Part shown: positions 25,801 through 38,240 of the stretch, in pieces
How positions within the stretch are numbered: the first letter of the stretch is position 1
How the letters are laid out: each line of letters starts with the position of its first letter
Source: Sarea resinae
Lineage: Eukaryota
DNA: 64,000 nucleotides
Direction of reading: 5' to 3'
NCBI GenBank assembly: GCA_026026165.1
Contig: JAPEUD010000014.1
Coordinates: forward strand, 310,001 to 374,000
The notes under the pieces: model-generated
Told to the model about the DNA's origin: nothing
Databases searched by the model: none
The model's input: only the letters and a program-made list of their open reading frames with translations
Translations under genes and position numbers: made by a program

Positions 25801-26532
25801 ACAAGCGTACTTATCGGCCAAGCTTACCTCCTCCAGCGCCATGCCTCCTGTCGTCTTGACGTGACCCTTCTCTATCCTCACCTTATAGACAATTCCAAAG
25901 GAGCCTCGCGCTATCTCTTCATCACTTTTATACGGCAACCGACAGAACTTCTTATGCTCCACGTAGACTGCCTCTTCATGCTCCTTCAACACAATTGGAC
26001 AGAACAGGAACTGGTCCTTGAAGAAAGCATCGCCCACCTGAGGCCCCAATAGTCTGCATGCCTCCACATTGGTGATTGGCAAAGCATCATCCGTAATTGG
26101 CACCTTGTCATCCGTGTACGCCAGATCATCGTGCATGCTCCTCGGTAGGAAGACTTGCACCGAAGAAGCCAGGTGTTCCCGGTTGATCAGGAGCCGGAAG
26201 AGGATCGCTGTAATGCTGCAGAGTCTCGGCTGACCGAACAGTCCCAAGGTCCGTCCCACCAGTTGGTGCAACAGGGTCTCTTCATCGTGCTCGATATCGT
26301 AAAGGACTCTGAAGATGCGGCGAAGTTTCGATATGTTGTTCCTCCACACGTCCCACGCGGTCCCCGACGGGAAATACTCTCGATCGGGTTCGCCAGCATT
26401 CGACATGTTGCTTCTCAACTTCTCCACGAGGGCGTTCAGAGAGTCCTGCACCCTCTCCAAGGCTTGCAAGTCCACAGACACCGGAACAGGTGCGGGGACA
26501 GGCGCGGGCGCGCCCCCAGAAGCGGCACTCAT
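22858..26532 (-). CDS. Large Ser/Thr protein kinase (non-RD) with an N-terminal helical region, S/T/P-rich linker and C-terminal beta-propeller-like region
   Basis: IARGSFGIVYKV, YARK, HLDLKPQNILV, KISDFGMS, GTYLAPE and DVWSFGCV. Four GT-AG introns join the ORF pieces. C-terminal strands (KCAFTAQGDRLAFY, KKMAISPNAEFIAC, DLKFSTDSQLLAF) look WD40-like. Confidence 0.85.
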
Positions 26533-27790
26533 CTCATCCGCTATGAGAAAGTCGGATGGTCCGAGGGAGCAAGGACGTTAGGAATAAGCAAGTGTCAGGG
26601 CGACTAGGCATATGATGGGGGGGGGGGGGGCTAAGGGGAGGGTAAGGCAACGTATCTCGTCGGCGACATCGAAGAAGGTGGCGAGGCTACTACGTTGCAG
26701 GTTGGGTCCATGCCGTACCTCGATGGCGCGGCGCAGCTAGAGCAGCAAGGCAACACTTTCCAAACGGCAGAGGGGCAGAGGGGCATGACATGTCAGTTTC
26801 AATGCTTAGGGAGAGGCCGTCTCAACAGGGTGAAGCTGGATGATCGTGTCCACGGCAGGCAATGCTAAAGTAGCTGGAGATGAGAGTCGACATGCAGAGA
26901 ACTGGACGGGACAGGTAGAGGGTATTAATGGATCGAAGGTCAATCCTCTTTAGTCCGTAATAATAGAGCACCTACCTAAGGTAGGTACTCGTAGTTTGGG
27001 GTGTCATCCACTGCCCCAGCCTCGATGCCCCACGCCCCGTACCGCAGTCAACATTGGCGCATTAATCAGCTGTCAGGGTCTCTACTGTAGTACTCCGGAG
27101 TACCTACCTGAGGGTGCTACTACCTACTAGGTACCTAGTAAGGGTGCGATTACCTTGGAGTACTACTGTACGCAGTACGCAGTGCTACGCTACCTAGGTA
27201 CGCTTAGGTACTCATAGTAGTACTCCTACCACTTACCTTACCTAGGTATCCATTGTTGGTTCTCGCCACCGAGGGTCAGAGAAGGCAAGGTACTTGGGTA
27301 TGAAGTACCTTGCCTCCTGGGCACAGCGGCAGAAATGTCGTGACTCACTCCCTCTCGGTACTTCCAGCATCCGTACCGCGGCGGCGAGATCTGCGGAGCC
27401 GCCCATCAGGACCGCACGCACGTGGAGATAGACATGTTGAAGATCTTATCTTGTCCATGGCGGGGCAGTCCAAGTGGTCCATTCGATTACGTAGTGCAAA
27501 TGGATATTGCTTTCACCTCTCACTCTGCCTCTGCCCTCTTGATGATAACTATCCTCTCTTTGCTCAGGTAAAGAAACTCTGGTAGATCATGTCTGTCCGC
27601 TGAAGTAAAGAATCGTTTGGAATCCGACGATCCAGCACTCACCACTAAGCAAAAGAAAGCAACCGTACATGAAGACGAAAATCTTGTCAAACTGTTCGTG
27701 TCCCATAGACGTGAAGCATACCCCGCAATTGATCCTCCGAGTTTTTGTTGCGCACTCTCGACTCGAGTCGAGCTGGTAAACCAAATCACG

Positions 27791-29665
27791 ATGCCAGATC
27801 AATCCTGGACGGAAATTGCAGCCATTGCACAGACACGCAGGGCTGCCTCCATCCCGCCCTCTTACCTGCTGCCCGAAAGCCTCTTATCTGACTTGCCCAA
27901 GAACCTAACCACCATCCCCAAGACCTCTAGGCATTTCTCCACGGACGAACTCGAGATCATTGAGACCCCGGCCGAAGAGATCCTCGTGAAGATCCGGGAG
28001 AAGACATGGACGGCTTTGAAAGTGACCGAGGCCTTTTGTAAGGCAGCTGCCGTTGCTCAACAGATGGTAAGAATATCCTCCCTTGCTACTTCTGTTCTTT
28101 CCCGAACATCGAGTCTCTAATCTCGCTGCATTCAAACACAGACGAACTGTCTCACCGAAATCCTATTCCCTGAGGCTTTGAAGCAGGCCCAATTCTTGGA
28201 CGAGTATCTGGAAAAGAATGGGTCGGTGATTGGACCGCTGCACGGATTGCCCATCTCCCTCAAAGACAGCTTCGTGACGCCTCCTCATCCATCATCTTGT
28301 GGTTTGATTCAATGGGCCAACGCCCCAACGAAGCCTGAGGAAGAGAGTCTACTGGTTCAAGTCGTGAGGAGACTTGGGGCGGTCTATTACGTCAAGACCA
28401 ACGTTCCGCCTGGAATGATGATGATGGATACCCTGAACAACGCCTGGGGGGCTACCCGTAATCCGCTCAATCCAGCATTATCTGCGGGTGGGTCTTCGGG
28501 CGGAGAGGCGGCTCTAATTGCCATGCGAGGCTCTCCCTTGGGTGTTGGGACAGACATCGGTGGCAGGTAGGATGACCTATATAGTATATACGATCCGATC
28601 ATCAGGCTAAAATGCATGCACAGCATCCGTATGCCCAGTGCCTTTAACAACCTGTACGGTCTCAAGCCCTCGTCGGGCCGCTTCCCCACATGGCACGGCC
28701 GATCGGCTATCCCGGGTCAGGACTTCGTCCGCTCCGTTAATGGGCCCATGTCGAGATCCCTGAATATGCTTCAACTTTACTGCGAGGCAGTCCTCTCGGA
28801 GTCCGTCGCGCCATGGACCTTGGACGCTAAATGCCTCCCTATCCCCTGGCGCAAACATGTTATCCAGCCCAAAGGGAGGAAGCTCCGCGTCGGCATAGTT
28901 GGAAACAATGACGGCCTGGTTACCACACATCCACCCGTCGAACGGGCATTGGCTCTGACGAGACAGTGTCTCGAAGCAGCGGGACACGAGGTTTTTGAAT
29001 GGTAATCATTGTCCGTGTACATCATCTATGAGCAGGCACTAATTCCCTTCATCGCACCCAACAGGCAGCCAATCGAACACCCAGAGATCGTAAAGCACTG
29101 GCTTGCAACCTTTCTCGATGTGGGAAGCGGCCCATTGGCTGCTCTCCTGACCCCCAGCGGCGAGCCCATATATGGCTCCTTGAAAGCCTGGGTTGCCGCA
29201 GCAGCACAGGCCGAGCAGGGCCTCGGCCCTACGAAAATGCGCATGATCAACCTGAAGCGCGACCAGCTGCAGGAAGCATACCTAACCCGCTGGCAGCAAA
29301 CAGCCAACGGGGGTAAAGGCCCCATGGACTGCATCATCATGGCCGCCTCGCCGTGGGCAGTGCCACGATTGGGTCTCACGGCAGAATCACCGTATTTTGG
29401 TTATACGGCCGCCTTCAATCTCCTAGACTACCCCGTCTGCACTTTTCCCGTAACCTTTGCACACGAGAAGCTAGACCCCAAGAAGAGTCCCGGCTCCTTC
29501 ACGCCGCTAAGCGAGATCGACGCCCAGATCCAAGCAGACTACGACCCTTCTTTCTATGACGGCGCGCCCGTCTCGTTGCAGCTTGTCGGCGGCCGTCTCG
29601 AGGAGGAGAAAGTGCTGGAAATGGTAGGGGTAGTGGCTGATTTGCTGGAGAAGGAACATATTTGA
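27791..29665 (+). CDS. Amidase (amidase-signature family, acetamidase-like)
   Basis: GPLHGLPISLKD, YVKTNVP, AGGSSGGEAALI, GVGTDIGGSIRMPS, LYGLKPS, PVSLQLVG..LEEEKVL. Three introns. Confidence 0.93.
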
Positions 29666-29978
29666 TGTTGCAGACAGACAAATCTGCTAGCGTACGGAGA
29701 TGAACCATGAATGAGCGCCTTGATGTTCCATAGACATAGTTGAACAAAGTCATGCTATGAACAGTGTTGTGGAGAGCGGGATGTTGATGACGAGTGATGC
29801 CAGAGCCGTGAGGGAGGTCGTGTTGATGGCAGCGCACGGACCATGCGAGCTCCAGACCATCAGCCGAGCTCTCTCGGCTCATCGTCGTCTATCGTCGTCT
29901 GAAAAGTTCGACCAATTCCAATTTCACTCGCGACCTCTGTCACAACGCCCACACACCACACTCTTACACACCATAACA

Positions 29979-30564
29979 ATGGCGTCCGCCTCCAGCACAC
30001 CCTCAGAGTACGTGACGCTGGTCTCGTCGGATGGGTTTGAGTTCATCGTCGAGCGCCAGTGCGCGTGTGTGGCGGGCGCGATACGAAGGATGTTGGATCC
30101 TGCAAGTATGTTTGGTGTTTGTCTTTGCGTCCGTCTGCCGGGCATGAGGAGGCGGGTGTGCCAGAAGACACTGACTGACATGTAACTTGTGCATCGAAGG
30201 CAGCTTCAGCGAAGCAATGACTGGTCGAGCCGTCTTTGAGAACATCAAGTGAGTAGCCTCCTCGCACCCTTTCCTATTTAAGATTCCCCTCGTTATCAGA
30301 AGGCATCTCTAATGCGCCCAATCAACCGACAGTGGCATCGTGCTGGAAAAAGTCTGCGAATACTTCTACTACAATCACAAGTATCGAGACGCGCGCGACG
30401 TTCCCGACATGGATATTCCGCCCGAGCTATGCCTTGAGCTGCTCATGGCGGCCGATTACTTGAACAGTGCGTCTGCTGTCTCCTCGAGTCCTTCTTTCGT
30501 CCTCGTCCTCGGTGTTGAATCTTGTTGATTTCGTCAGACTAACGGTGTTTTGCTTGTAGCTTGA
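29979..30564 (+). CDS. ELC1: Elongin C
   Basis: YVTLVSSDGFEFIV, VLEKVCEYFYYN, IPPELCLELLMAADYLN. Three introns; the last coding exon is 5 nt (30560-30564). Confidence 0.93.
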
Positions 30565-31569
30565 TTAACTTATGTTTTGATGCTTCGATGATGACGCTCT
30601 CACGATACTCATTCACGCAGGGCAGGATAGGATAGGGCATGAGGACGATCAGGGCCGAGTATCCCTCGGCGTTTACAAGTCCAGTCGTAAAGAGATTATT
30701 TCGGCTCATCAATGGCAGCCAGGCGCAGATGGAGCAAAGACGAACGGCAGCGACTGTCGGCATACCAAGGCGTTCAATTTTTTCTTCTTCTTCTCGATCT
30801 ACCATGATCCCGTATCAGATTCCTGGTCTGACGATCACCCTCTCCCTCCTCTCGCCAGCGGTGAAAATACAAACCCAACATTTTCCCTCCCCCCTTTCCC
30901 TCAACCCAAAATCTCCTCACTCCTCACCCCCAACCCATCTGAGCATATGCATCCGTACCCCCTTTTCTCCATGGGACGGACGTCTAAAGAAGATGGAATA
31001 CGCGAACCACAACACCCCGTCTTAAACCGCTCCACCTCTCCTTTTTGCAAGGAACCTTCTGAGGGCTCGTGGGCTTTATTGCATTCGGGGACATTGAATA
31101 TGGACATCACTGTTGAGTCCTTGGCAAATGCATGTGTATACATGTGTGTGTGTGTGTATGTGTTTGTATGTCGATTAGATAGAATAAGGAAATCGCCAAT
31201 GAAATGAAAGGAAATGATATCATCGTATGCATATTCACATTCAGAAGAAGCAGAGCAAGTCCGAGCGAGCATAGTGGAAGAATGTCGGGAGATGAGTATC
31301 TTTATCCCCCGATTCCCCGATCCCCCGATCCCCCTATCCCTTTCCCCGTCCAACCCTCTTCCCATCCCTCTCTCTCTCCCTTGCCCTTGCCCCCATCCTT
31401 CATCCCTAACAGGTCCCAAACCGGAAGTCCCGAACCTCACTCAGATCTACCCTACCCTACCTGAGACTCAAGACTCAAAGATTCTAGGGTCCAGTATTAG
31501 AATAGATTGGACTGGTTTTGTTTGAGATTGAGCCGGAAGTAGGTCGGGTTGGGTTACTATCCCACACGC

Positions 31570-31645
31570 GGAGTAGGTAGGTAGGTAGGCAGGTGGGTAG
31601 GTAGGCAGGCAGGTGGGTAGGCAGGCAGGCAGGCAGGCGGATAGG
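31570..31645. repeat. Mixed (TAGG/CAGG)n tetranucleotide repeat
   Basis: gtaggtaggtaggtaggcaggtgggtaggtaggcaggcagg... seen directly. Confidence 0.8.
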
Positions 31646-32037
31646 TGGGGATATTGAGGATTCCGGAACCGGATAACGAATGAGGAATGACGAGTAAAGG
31701 TGATGATGATGATGATGATGGTGGTGGTGATGATGATGGTGATCCTTTTTCGTTTTTTCTGTTGATTTCTGTCGCTGTCACTGTCATTGCAGCGCCTGCT
31801 GGACCTGCTGGGTGTGCTGAGTCTGCTGGGCACGTACGACGTACGACGTACATTATACGACAACTCAAACCAAAACCAAAACCAAAAAACTCCCCTGCCC
31901 GGCCCCGGGGCGAGCTCACCCCTATCGATAGTTTTAGAGATCAAAGTTTTGAAACGCCCGGAATACGCGTTGGACTGCCCGCATCCCCCGCCTCTGTCGT
32001 CGTCCTAGGAAAGAAGACACGCAATCCCACCCGTCGC

Positions 32038-33839
32038 TCACCGGCCCTTGCCACCTCTCGCTCCTCTACCACCCCTACCACCACCACCACCTCTACCGCC
32101 TCTCCCGCCGCCCTTGCCACCACCCCTGCCGCCGCCACCACCACCGCCTGCCGCCCCCGGGCCAGAGAGATACCCGTACCCGCCGCCCAGCCCCTGCCAC
32201 AGCCTCTCGCGACCGAAGCCGGCCTCGGCCACGCGCAGATAACTGACGACGCCCTGGTCGACGACGGCGAGGATGACGTGCCGGTAGCCGTGCCGGAGGC
32301 GGGCGTAGATGGCGCCTTTGCCGCCCGGGCCGCGGCCTCGGCCTGGCGTTTGGGATTGTGGTTGCGATTGGTTGGGTCTTGTTGATGCTGCTGCTGGTGC
32401 TGGCTGGCTCGGGCTCGGGCTCTGGCCCTGGCCCTGCTGTGTGTTCCCCTTCTTGGACGTGGCACTGGCTGCGGTTGTGGATGCAGATGTGGGTGTGGAG
32501 CCGGAACCCGACTGCGGCACACCTGGCGGGGGTGAATACGGCGTCGTGGCCAGCAGGGCGTCCAGGGCGGCTAGGGACGGGAAACCGTCTGTGCGCGCGT
32601 TTAGGACGCAGATCAGGAAGTCGGGGGGTCCCGGGGCGGATTTCTTGAATGAAGGCGAGGGCTTGTGGAGGTGGTATGTTAGCGCTAGTGCTGCTGGTTG
32701 TGGCGCGGAAGCAGGTGATGAGGTCTGTGATGAGGTGGTGGTAGTGGAGGTGGTCTTCTCGGAGGAAGGAAGGGTGGGGTCGTGAAGTGGGATCAGCGAT
32801 AGGAGGCGGTAGATATCGTCTAAGACATCGGGGCGTTTGTCAGTAATGCCAAAAGATTAAGAGCCGGGCCTCGAGAGAATATGACGGATGGGAGATAGAC
32901 CAGGACGGAGCGAGCGACTTGACATACCGTAACTCCTATACAGCCCGGGCGTAACCAGTGGTCCTAGGGGCAACGGATCCCTCTTCTTACTCCCCACGAT
33001 ACCCATCAACATCTCGGCGAGCCAGCCGACCAATCCCCCCGCTCCAAATCGCTGTCGCACCTCCACTTCTTTTCCATCCACCGAGCCGGCGTCAGCACCA
33101 CCGACGTCGCCACCGTCCCAGCTCGGTGCGCGCAGCACCGCGTACCCGGCTCGCTTCAGCCCCGCATAGACTTCATAGCGCTCGAGCGTCAGCGCGCCTC
33201 CCTTCTCAGCCTCGCGTCCTAGGATTGCGGCGTAGGCTGCTTGGAGGCTCATGGGCAGATCCCAATCTCCCTCGTCGTCGGCGTCTGTTTCTCCTTCTCC
33301 TTCTCCTCCTTCCAGAGAAGATCCGTCCGTCTCCTCACGCAGCCTAGGCCATCGAACATCCAGGTTGCCCCTCTCGACTAGATACAGAGTTTCCTCTGGC
33401 AACAACCACACCCTGCCAGTGCGATCCGCCTTCCCCATGCTCTTGAACAGCGGCCCCTTCGGCCCAGCAATACTCGTCATGTTGCTCTCCTGATGCCAAT
33501 ATCCGATAATGTGGCCCTTGGGCGTGTGGACGCGGGTGGTCGAGAGCGCGGCGTGCATGGCTGCGCGGCTGGCCGCGAGCACATCGAGTTGGTGCGTTGT
33601 GCCGTGGGGCTCAAAGTCTTTCTCGCCGCGCTTGGGGATCTTCGCCTGGTCGGGCGTTCTGCAGAATAGAATAATTAGGTACAGATAGAAGAGGGACGGC
33701 GGCACAGGGGTAATAGAGCATTTCGGACATACTGGGAGAAGTTGGCCAAGAAGCGGAAATCCTGCGTTTCGTCCGAGAGGTCGGTCTCGCCGCCCTGTTG
33801 GCTCAGAGAGCGGACATTGTCCTCGTCTGCGTCGGCCAT
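32038..33839 (-). CDS. SEN54: tRNA-splicing endonuclease subunit Sen54
   Basis: MADADED...DLSDETQDFRFL, IPKRGEKDFEP, WLLPEETLYLVERGNL, YEVYAGLKRAGY, FKKSAPGPPDFLICV, VILAVVDQGVVSYLR and an RGG-rich tail. Two introns. Confidence 0.92.
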
Positions 33840-35022
33840 GGCTACTCCAAGCCCTCGAGACAGAGCAAGGTGAAGGCCACAGGGTTTGCAGTAGAATTGC
33901 CAGATCTACGAGGTCAATGACTAAAGCGGTGATAATTGGGATGACTTGAATCGCATATTTATCTGGTACCGTGAATGTTAGTAGATGGAGATGGCAAGGC
34001 GCTGCTGCTCGCTTAGATGGTGGCTGATATGATAAGATTGGAGATAACCTAAAGTTGCAGATCGGATCATCCTATTGTTCCTTGCCAGCTCACGGCCAGA
34101 CTTTCTGCGGCATACGGTATCTGAATCACTTCACTACACTGCACCTCTCCCTCGGCGCAGTTCTTTTGGAATTCTGGTTGTCCGCCTGGTGGCCATATGA
34201 ATTGCTGCTGCCCATCATCTACACCAATGTGCCACTAAGGCTCACCTCTCAACTATCTTGTACCGCCAAGTAGGCAAAGATGTAAGTAGAGGTCCCTACG
34301 GCACAGCAGTCCATCTGATAGAGGAGCAGGGCAACACCAACAAAGTCTACAAAGCAGGCTGCAGATGAGACCCTGGAGATTGTGAGACAGAACGAAGATT
34401 TTATTCCTGCATCGACACGGCGAAACTAATCCATGGCAGATGCTAACAAATCTCCGTAACACTGGAGCCGTCTGGGGCGAGAGCAGCTCGCAGTATCAGA
34501 CTCTAGAGAGTATGATCGCCGAGTACTGCAGACTTGGTCGCTGTCAATCAGCCACCGCTCACCCCGTCGCCCAAAACCAGGCCGCCTCCTTACCTCGTTT
34601 CGGCGCGCTGGCGTTCAGGACTAAAGCTAGTCAGTCTGCCAGCGGCAAAGGTTCGGTAAATCAATAGCATCATGGCCTCAAGAACGGCCCTAGATCAAAG
34701 TAGCTGGAATGATATATGTCATCCAACTGTTGTAAGAGATTCCTGTGATCCGACACAACTCCCGTACCATGCGAGTATATATACCGGTAGATGCCTCGAA
34801 TCCTGTCAAAAGATCGACGAAGCCCCGTGCTCCAAGCTCGCGCTGGAAGTTGAACTCCTAAAACCACACGCGTAGAAACCACATTCAATATTGCTCCATG
34901 ACTCCCGGAGGTTCCTCGCCGGCGGAATATAGCCGAAAACCTACAATTGATTACATATCGTAAGGGTATACTGAAAAATTGTCTGCCGTGGAGCTCGTCA
35001 AAGTTATCCGAAATACAAAAGA

Positions 35023-36398
35023 TCACTCGATTAGAAGCTTCCGCTGATCGCCAACCATGGTCATGCCGAGGACGCTCAAAGCATTAGGGTCGTGGGGCCG
35101 TATTATCGTTGGCGCTGGTAGCATTGGATTTTCTGCGTTGACGTGTGCAGCATCTTTAGCGGCTTGTTCGATGGCACTCATTTCCTCCTTACAGCCGGTG
35201 TGATCAAGTGGACAAACGACGATGGGCTGCCTTAGAACAATATCCTTTGCCGAAGCCATATGCGCCTGTAATCGCGTAAGCGTCTGCACTCTCGATCCTT
35301 GATAGCACAATAGCAACTCCTACCTTAACTGTGAGATAGTACTCAATTTTGTACAGGCTTCCAGTTGTCGTAAACCCGCTCACGGCGTACATTGGAAACG
35401 GTTCTTTGCCTCGCGGAAGTATCCCGTCTGAATCTCTCATGTCTCGTGCTGGAAACACCAAGCCTAGATTTGTGAAATATCCCGCTTCGGGTAATTTGAC
35501 TCCGACGCTCTGCGTTTGTTTCGCCAACGTCTTGACTTTCTTCTGTGGTTCGTCCCCTTCGTGGTTGTAGGTGATTTCCTCCTCTATCCCAATCGTGATC
35601 TTCTGTATCGTCACTTTTTTGGCTTTATTCAGCCAGTCTGGATTCGGTGAGAGCTTGATATACACGCTCACAGGATCAAGAGGGCCGTAGGACCATCTAG
35701 GCAATGATATGCCGAGAGTAACGAGGTGATCCGACACACGCTCAGCAGACTCCGGTCGATTGTACATTCCGAACGTCGATAACGTGTCATATCGTTGTAT
35801 TGGAACCGGGAATGCGTATTTCTTCTGATCCTGATGGCCTTGCTGTACAGTCACAACCAGCAGATAAGACGTCTCGGCGGTCCTGCTAGGTAGTTGCAAG
35901 CTTGCTGGTGGTACTCTTCGCGCCATCTCTTCTCCACCTCTTCCGAACGGAATGAACAGTACAAACGGGAGATCCATCGACAGTACATTCTCGTATTCCT
36001 TGCCAGCTGGACAACGAAATAGTAGCATTTCCTTGCCCACGATATCTGTCATTTCCTTGCGCGGCGCCGCCAGGTGCTTCTTGGTAACGGAGTCGGCGGA
36101 AGGATGAATGGTTTCCCGTCGTTGCAAGGAGATTGTCACGAGGGAAATGGCCACAGGAGCAGAGATGCCCATCTTTGGACGGATCTCAACTTTGCCTTCT
36201 ATGCGTGGCTATAGAGTAGGCAAGTTAGTGGAAGAATTGCATTACAACGCATTGCAACAAGGTAGGAGGAATCTTCAGATCTTGGCGCAGCCGGGTCGCA
36301 TCTGAGCCATGGACGCTTACCAAGGTCGCCGAGATCCCTGGATATCCGACTAGAAAATTACTATTCGGGGGGCCAGAGACTCGTACGAACGCTGCCAT
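35023..36398 (-). CDS. Arrestin-like (arrestin-fold) protein
   Basis: MAAFVRVSGPPNSNFLVGYPGISATL/PRIEGKVEIRP..., MDLPFVLFIP, PPASLQLP, GFTTTGSLYKIEYYLTVK. Two introns. The fold call is from recalled similarity. Confidence 0.7.
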
Positions 36399-37281
36399 CT
36401 TGCCTCAACGCCGTGTCCCCGCCCCAACAACCACATCAAGGGTCCCACCTCGCACTCGGTGCTCTCTCCAATCCCGCGAGCTTAATAAAAGCAACTTTGT
36501 AAAGAATACGCCTTTAAATCGCAATGCGCAGATAAGTTATTCGAATGACGTGGGATACAGGCACTTGACGAAGCTTTAGAAAGGCGCCCTTCGTCTCGGA
36601 GCTCGCCCAGCCAAGCAAGTCAACCCCTCGCCAAGCTGACGCTTCTTCGACGGCTGTTCGAATGGATGCTGAGGGAGAAGCAGGAAGAGAGCGATGGAGA
36701 AGGCAAAGACAAGAAAGAACGGGAGGTGAGATAGAGAGTCATAGGAAGAATGCAAGGTATGTGGAGAACATGGTCGGAGATATGCTGGAGGTCCAAGGTA
36801 TTATGGCATTGGAGATGGTTGATGCGATCGGGACAAGCGTTGGAGCTGAAGGGCCGCCGGGGCGTGCCAAAGTACCTCATCCGGCTAGAATGGCGTGCAA
36901 TGTACAAGACCAGGACCCTCTCACGCTCTCGCGCTCTCACGCTCTCACGCTTTCACCGAGTGGCACTGGGCGGCGCAGCATGGAAACTAAGGCAAACCAC
37001 GCAGCGATCTCCCAAGCCGGTCGATGCTGGGGCTAGTGACTTGTAACGGCTCGTTGAACGGTGATAACATCAGGTATCCTTCCCAGACAGATACTTCCCA
37101 AGCGAGCCACCATCGTCACGATCCATGCCATTAACATACCTACTGTCAGGTTAGTAGTACAGTAGGTAGAGTACAGTATCCAGCGTAATGCGAGCTCGCT
37201 GAAGAGCCAAAGAGCAAAGAGCCAAGCGCAAAGATCACAGATCATGCAGATGCCGTAGATGCAGAATGCTCTATCGCAAGC

Positions 37282-37949
37282 ATGTCGGTGACGGTGAGAG
37301 ATGCCCCATCGCATGTGCAGAGACTCCTGGCTCACAACATCTCTGCTCGATCTACAGCTTCACACCACTCTCGGCGACCTTAAGATCGAGGTCTTTTGCG
37401 AGAGCGTCCCCAAGGCGGCCGAGGTGAGCTTCCATCCATCTTCACATACGTCTTGCACATTCCTCAGAGGAGATAAATCCATCTCCCTGGCTCAGACGGT
37501 CAGGCGATTCGCTGACGAACGAATCTCCCACGAATCAGAACTTCCTCGCCCTCTGCGCTTCCTCCTACTACGACAACACCCCCTTCCATCGCAACATCAA
37601 GACCTTTATAGTCCAGGGCGGTGACCCGACCGGCAAGGGCAAGGGTGGCGAGTCCATCTACGGTTCCAATTTCGAAGATGAGATCCGTCCGGCGCTGCGC
37701 CACAACGCGCGCGGCATTGTGAGCATGGCGAACAGAGGGCCCAATACGAATGGGAGCCAATTCTTCATTACCTATGGGCCCGCGCCACATTTAGACGGAA
37801 AGAACACTGTTTTTGGTAGAGTGCTAGAGGGCGCCGATACCGTGCTCGACGCGATGGAGGAGATTGAGGTGGACAAGAAGTATAGACCAAAGGAGAAGAT
37901 TGAGATCAAGAGTGTGACCATTCATGCCAATCCCATGGCCGATAGATAA
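37282..37949 (+). CDS. PPIL3: Peptidyl-prolyl cis-trans isomerase-like 3 (cyclophilin)
   Basis: [19 protein letters not shown]...[12 protein letters not shown]...[52 protein letters not shown]. First coding exon is 12 nt. Confidence 0.92.
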
Positions 37950-38240
37950 ACTGTGCCTGAGGAAGTTTTTCAGCCATGGCCGCAGGTCGAAAAAGAAAGC
38001 TTGTCAAGTTTACGCATTCGGCTTACATCATCCGTCAATGAGGAGTGTCAGAAATCAAACATCTAGTATCAGCCTGTGCGAAACATGTTGCTCGAATTCA
38101 AAGTCTATATAGCTTCTTTTATATAGTCATGATGCATCGCTAAACAAAATTTGGAACAGGTAGGCCCAAGCCACAGACCTGAAGATTTGCGCCAACTCCT
38201 TTTTTCAGATTGACCATAGTCAAGGTTTCTTCTCTCACTC

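Noticed and set aside
31687..32785. 232-aa, 193-aa and 158-aa ORFs
   Set aside because: Antisense or off-frame shadows of the SEN54 3' exon plus trinucleotide repeats.
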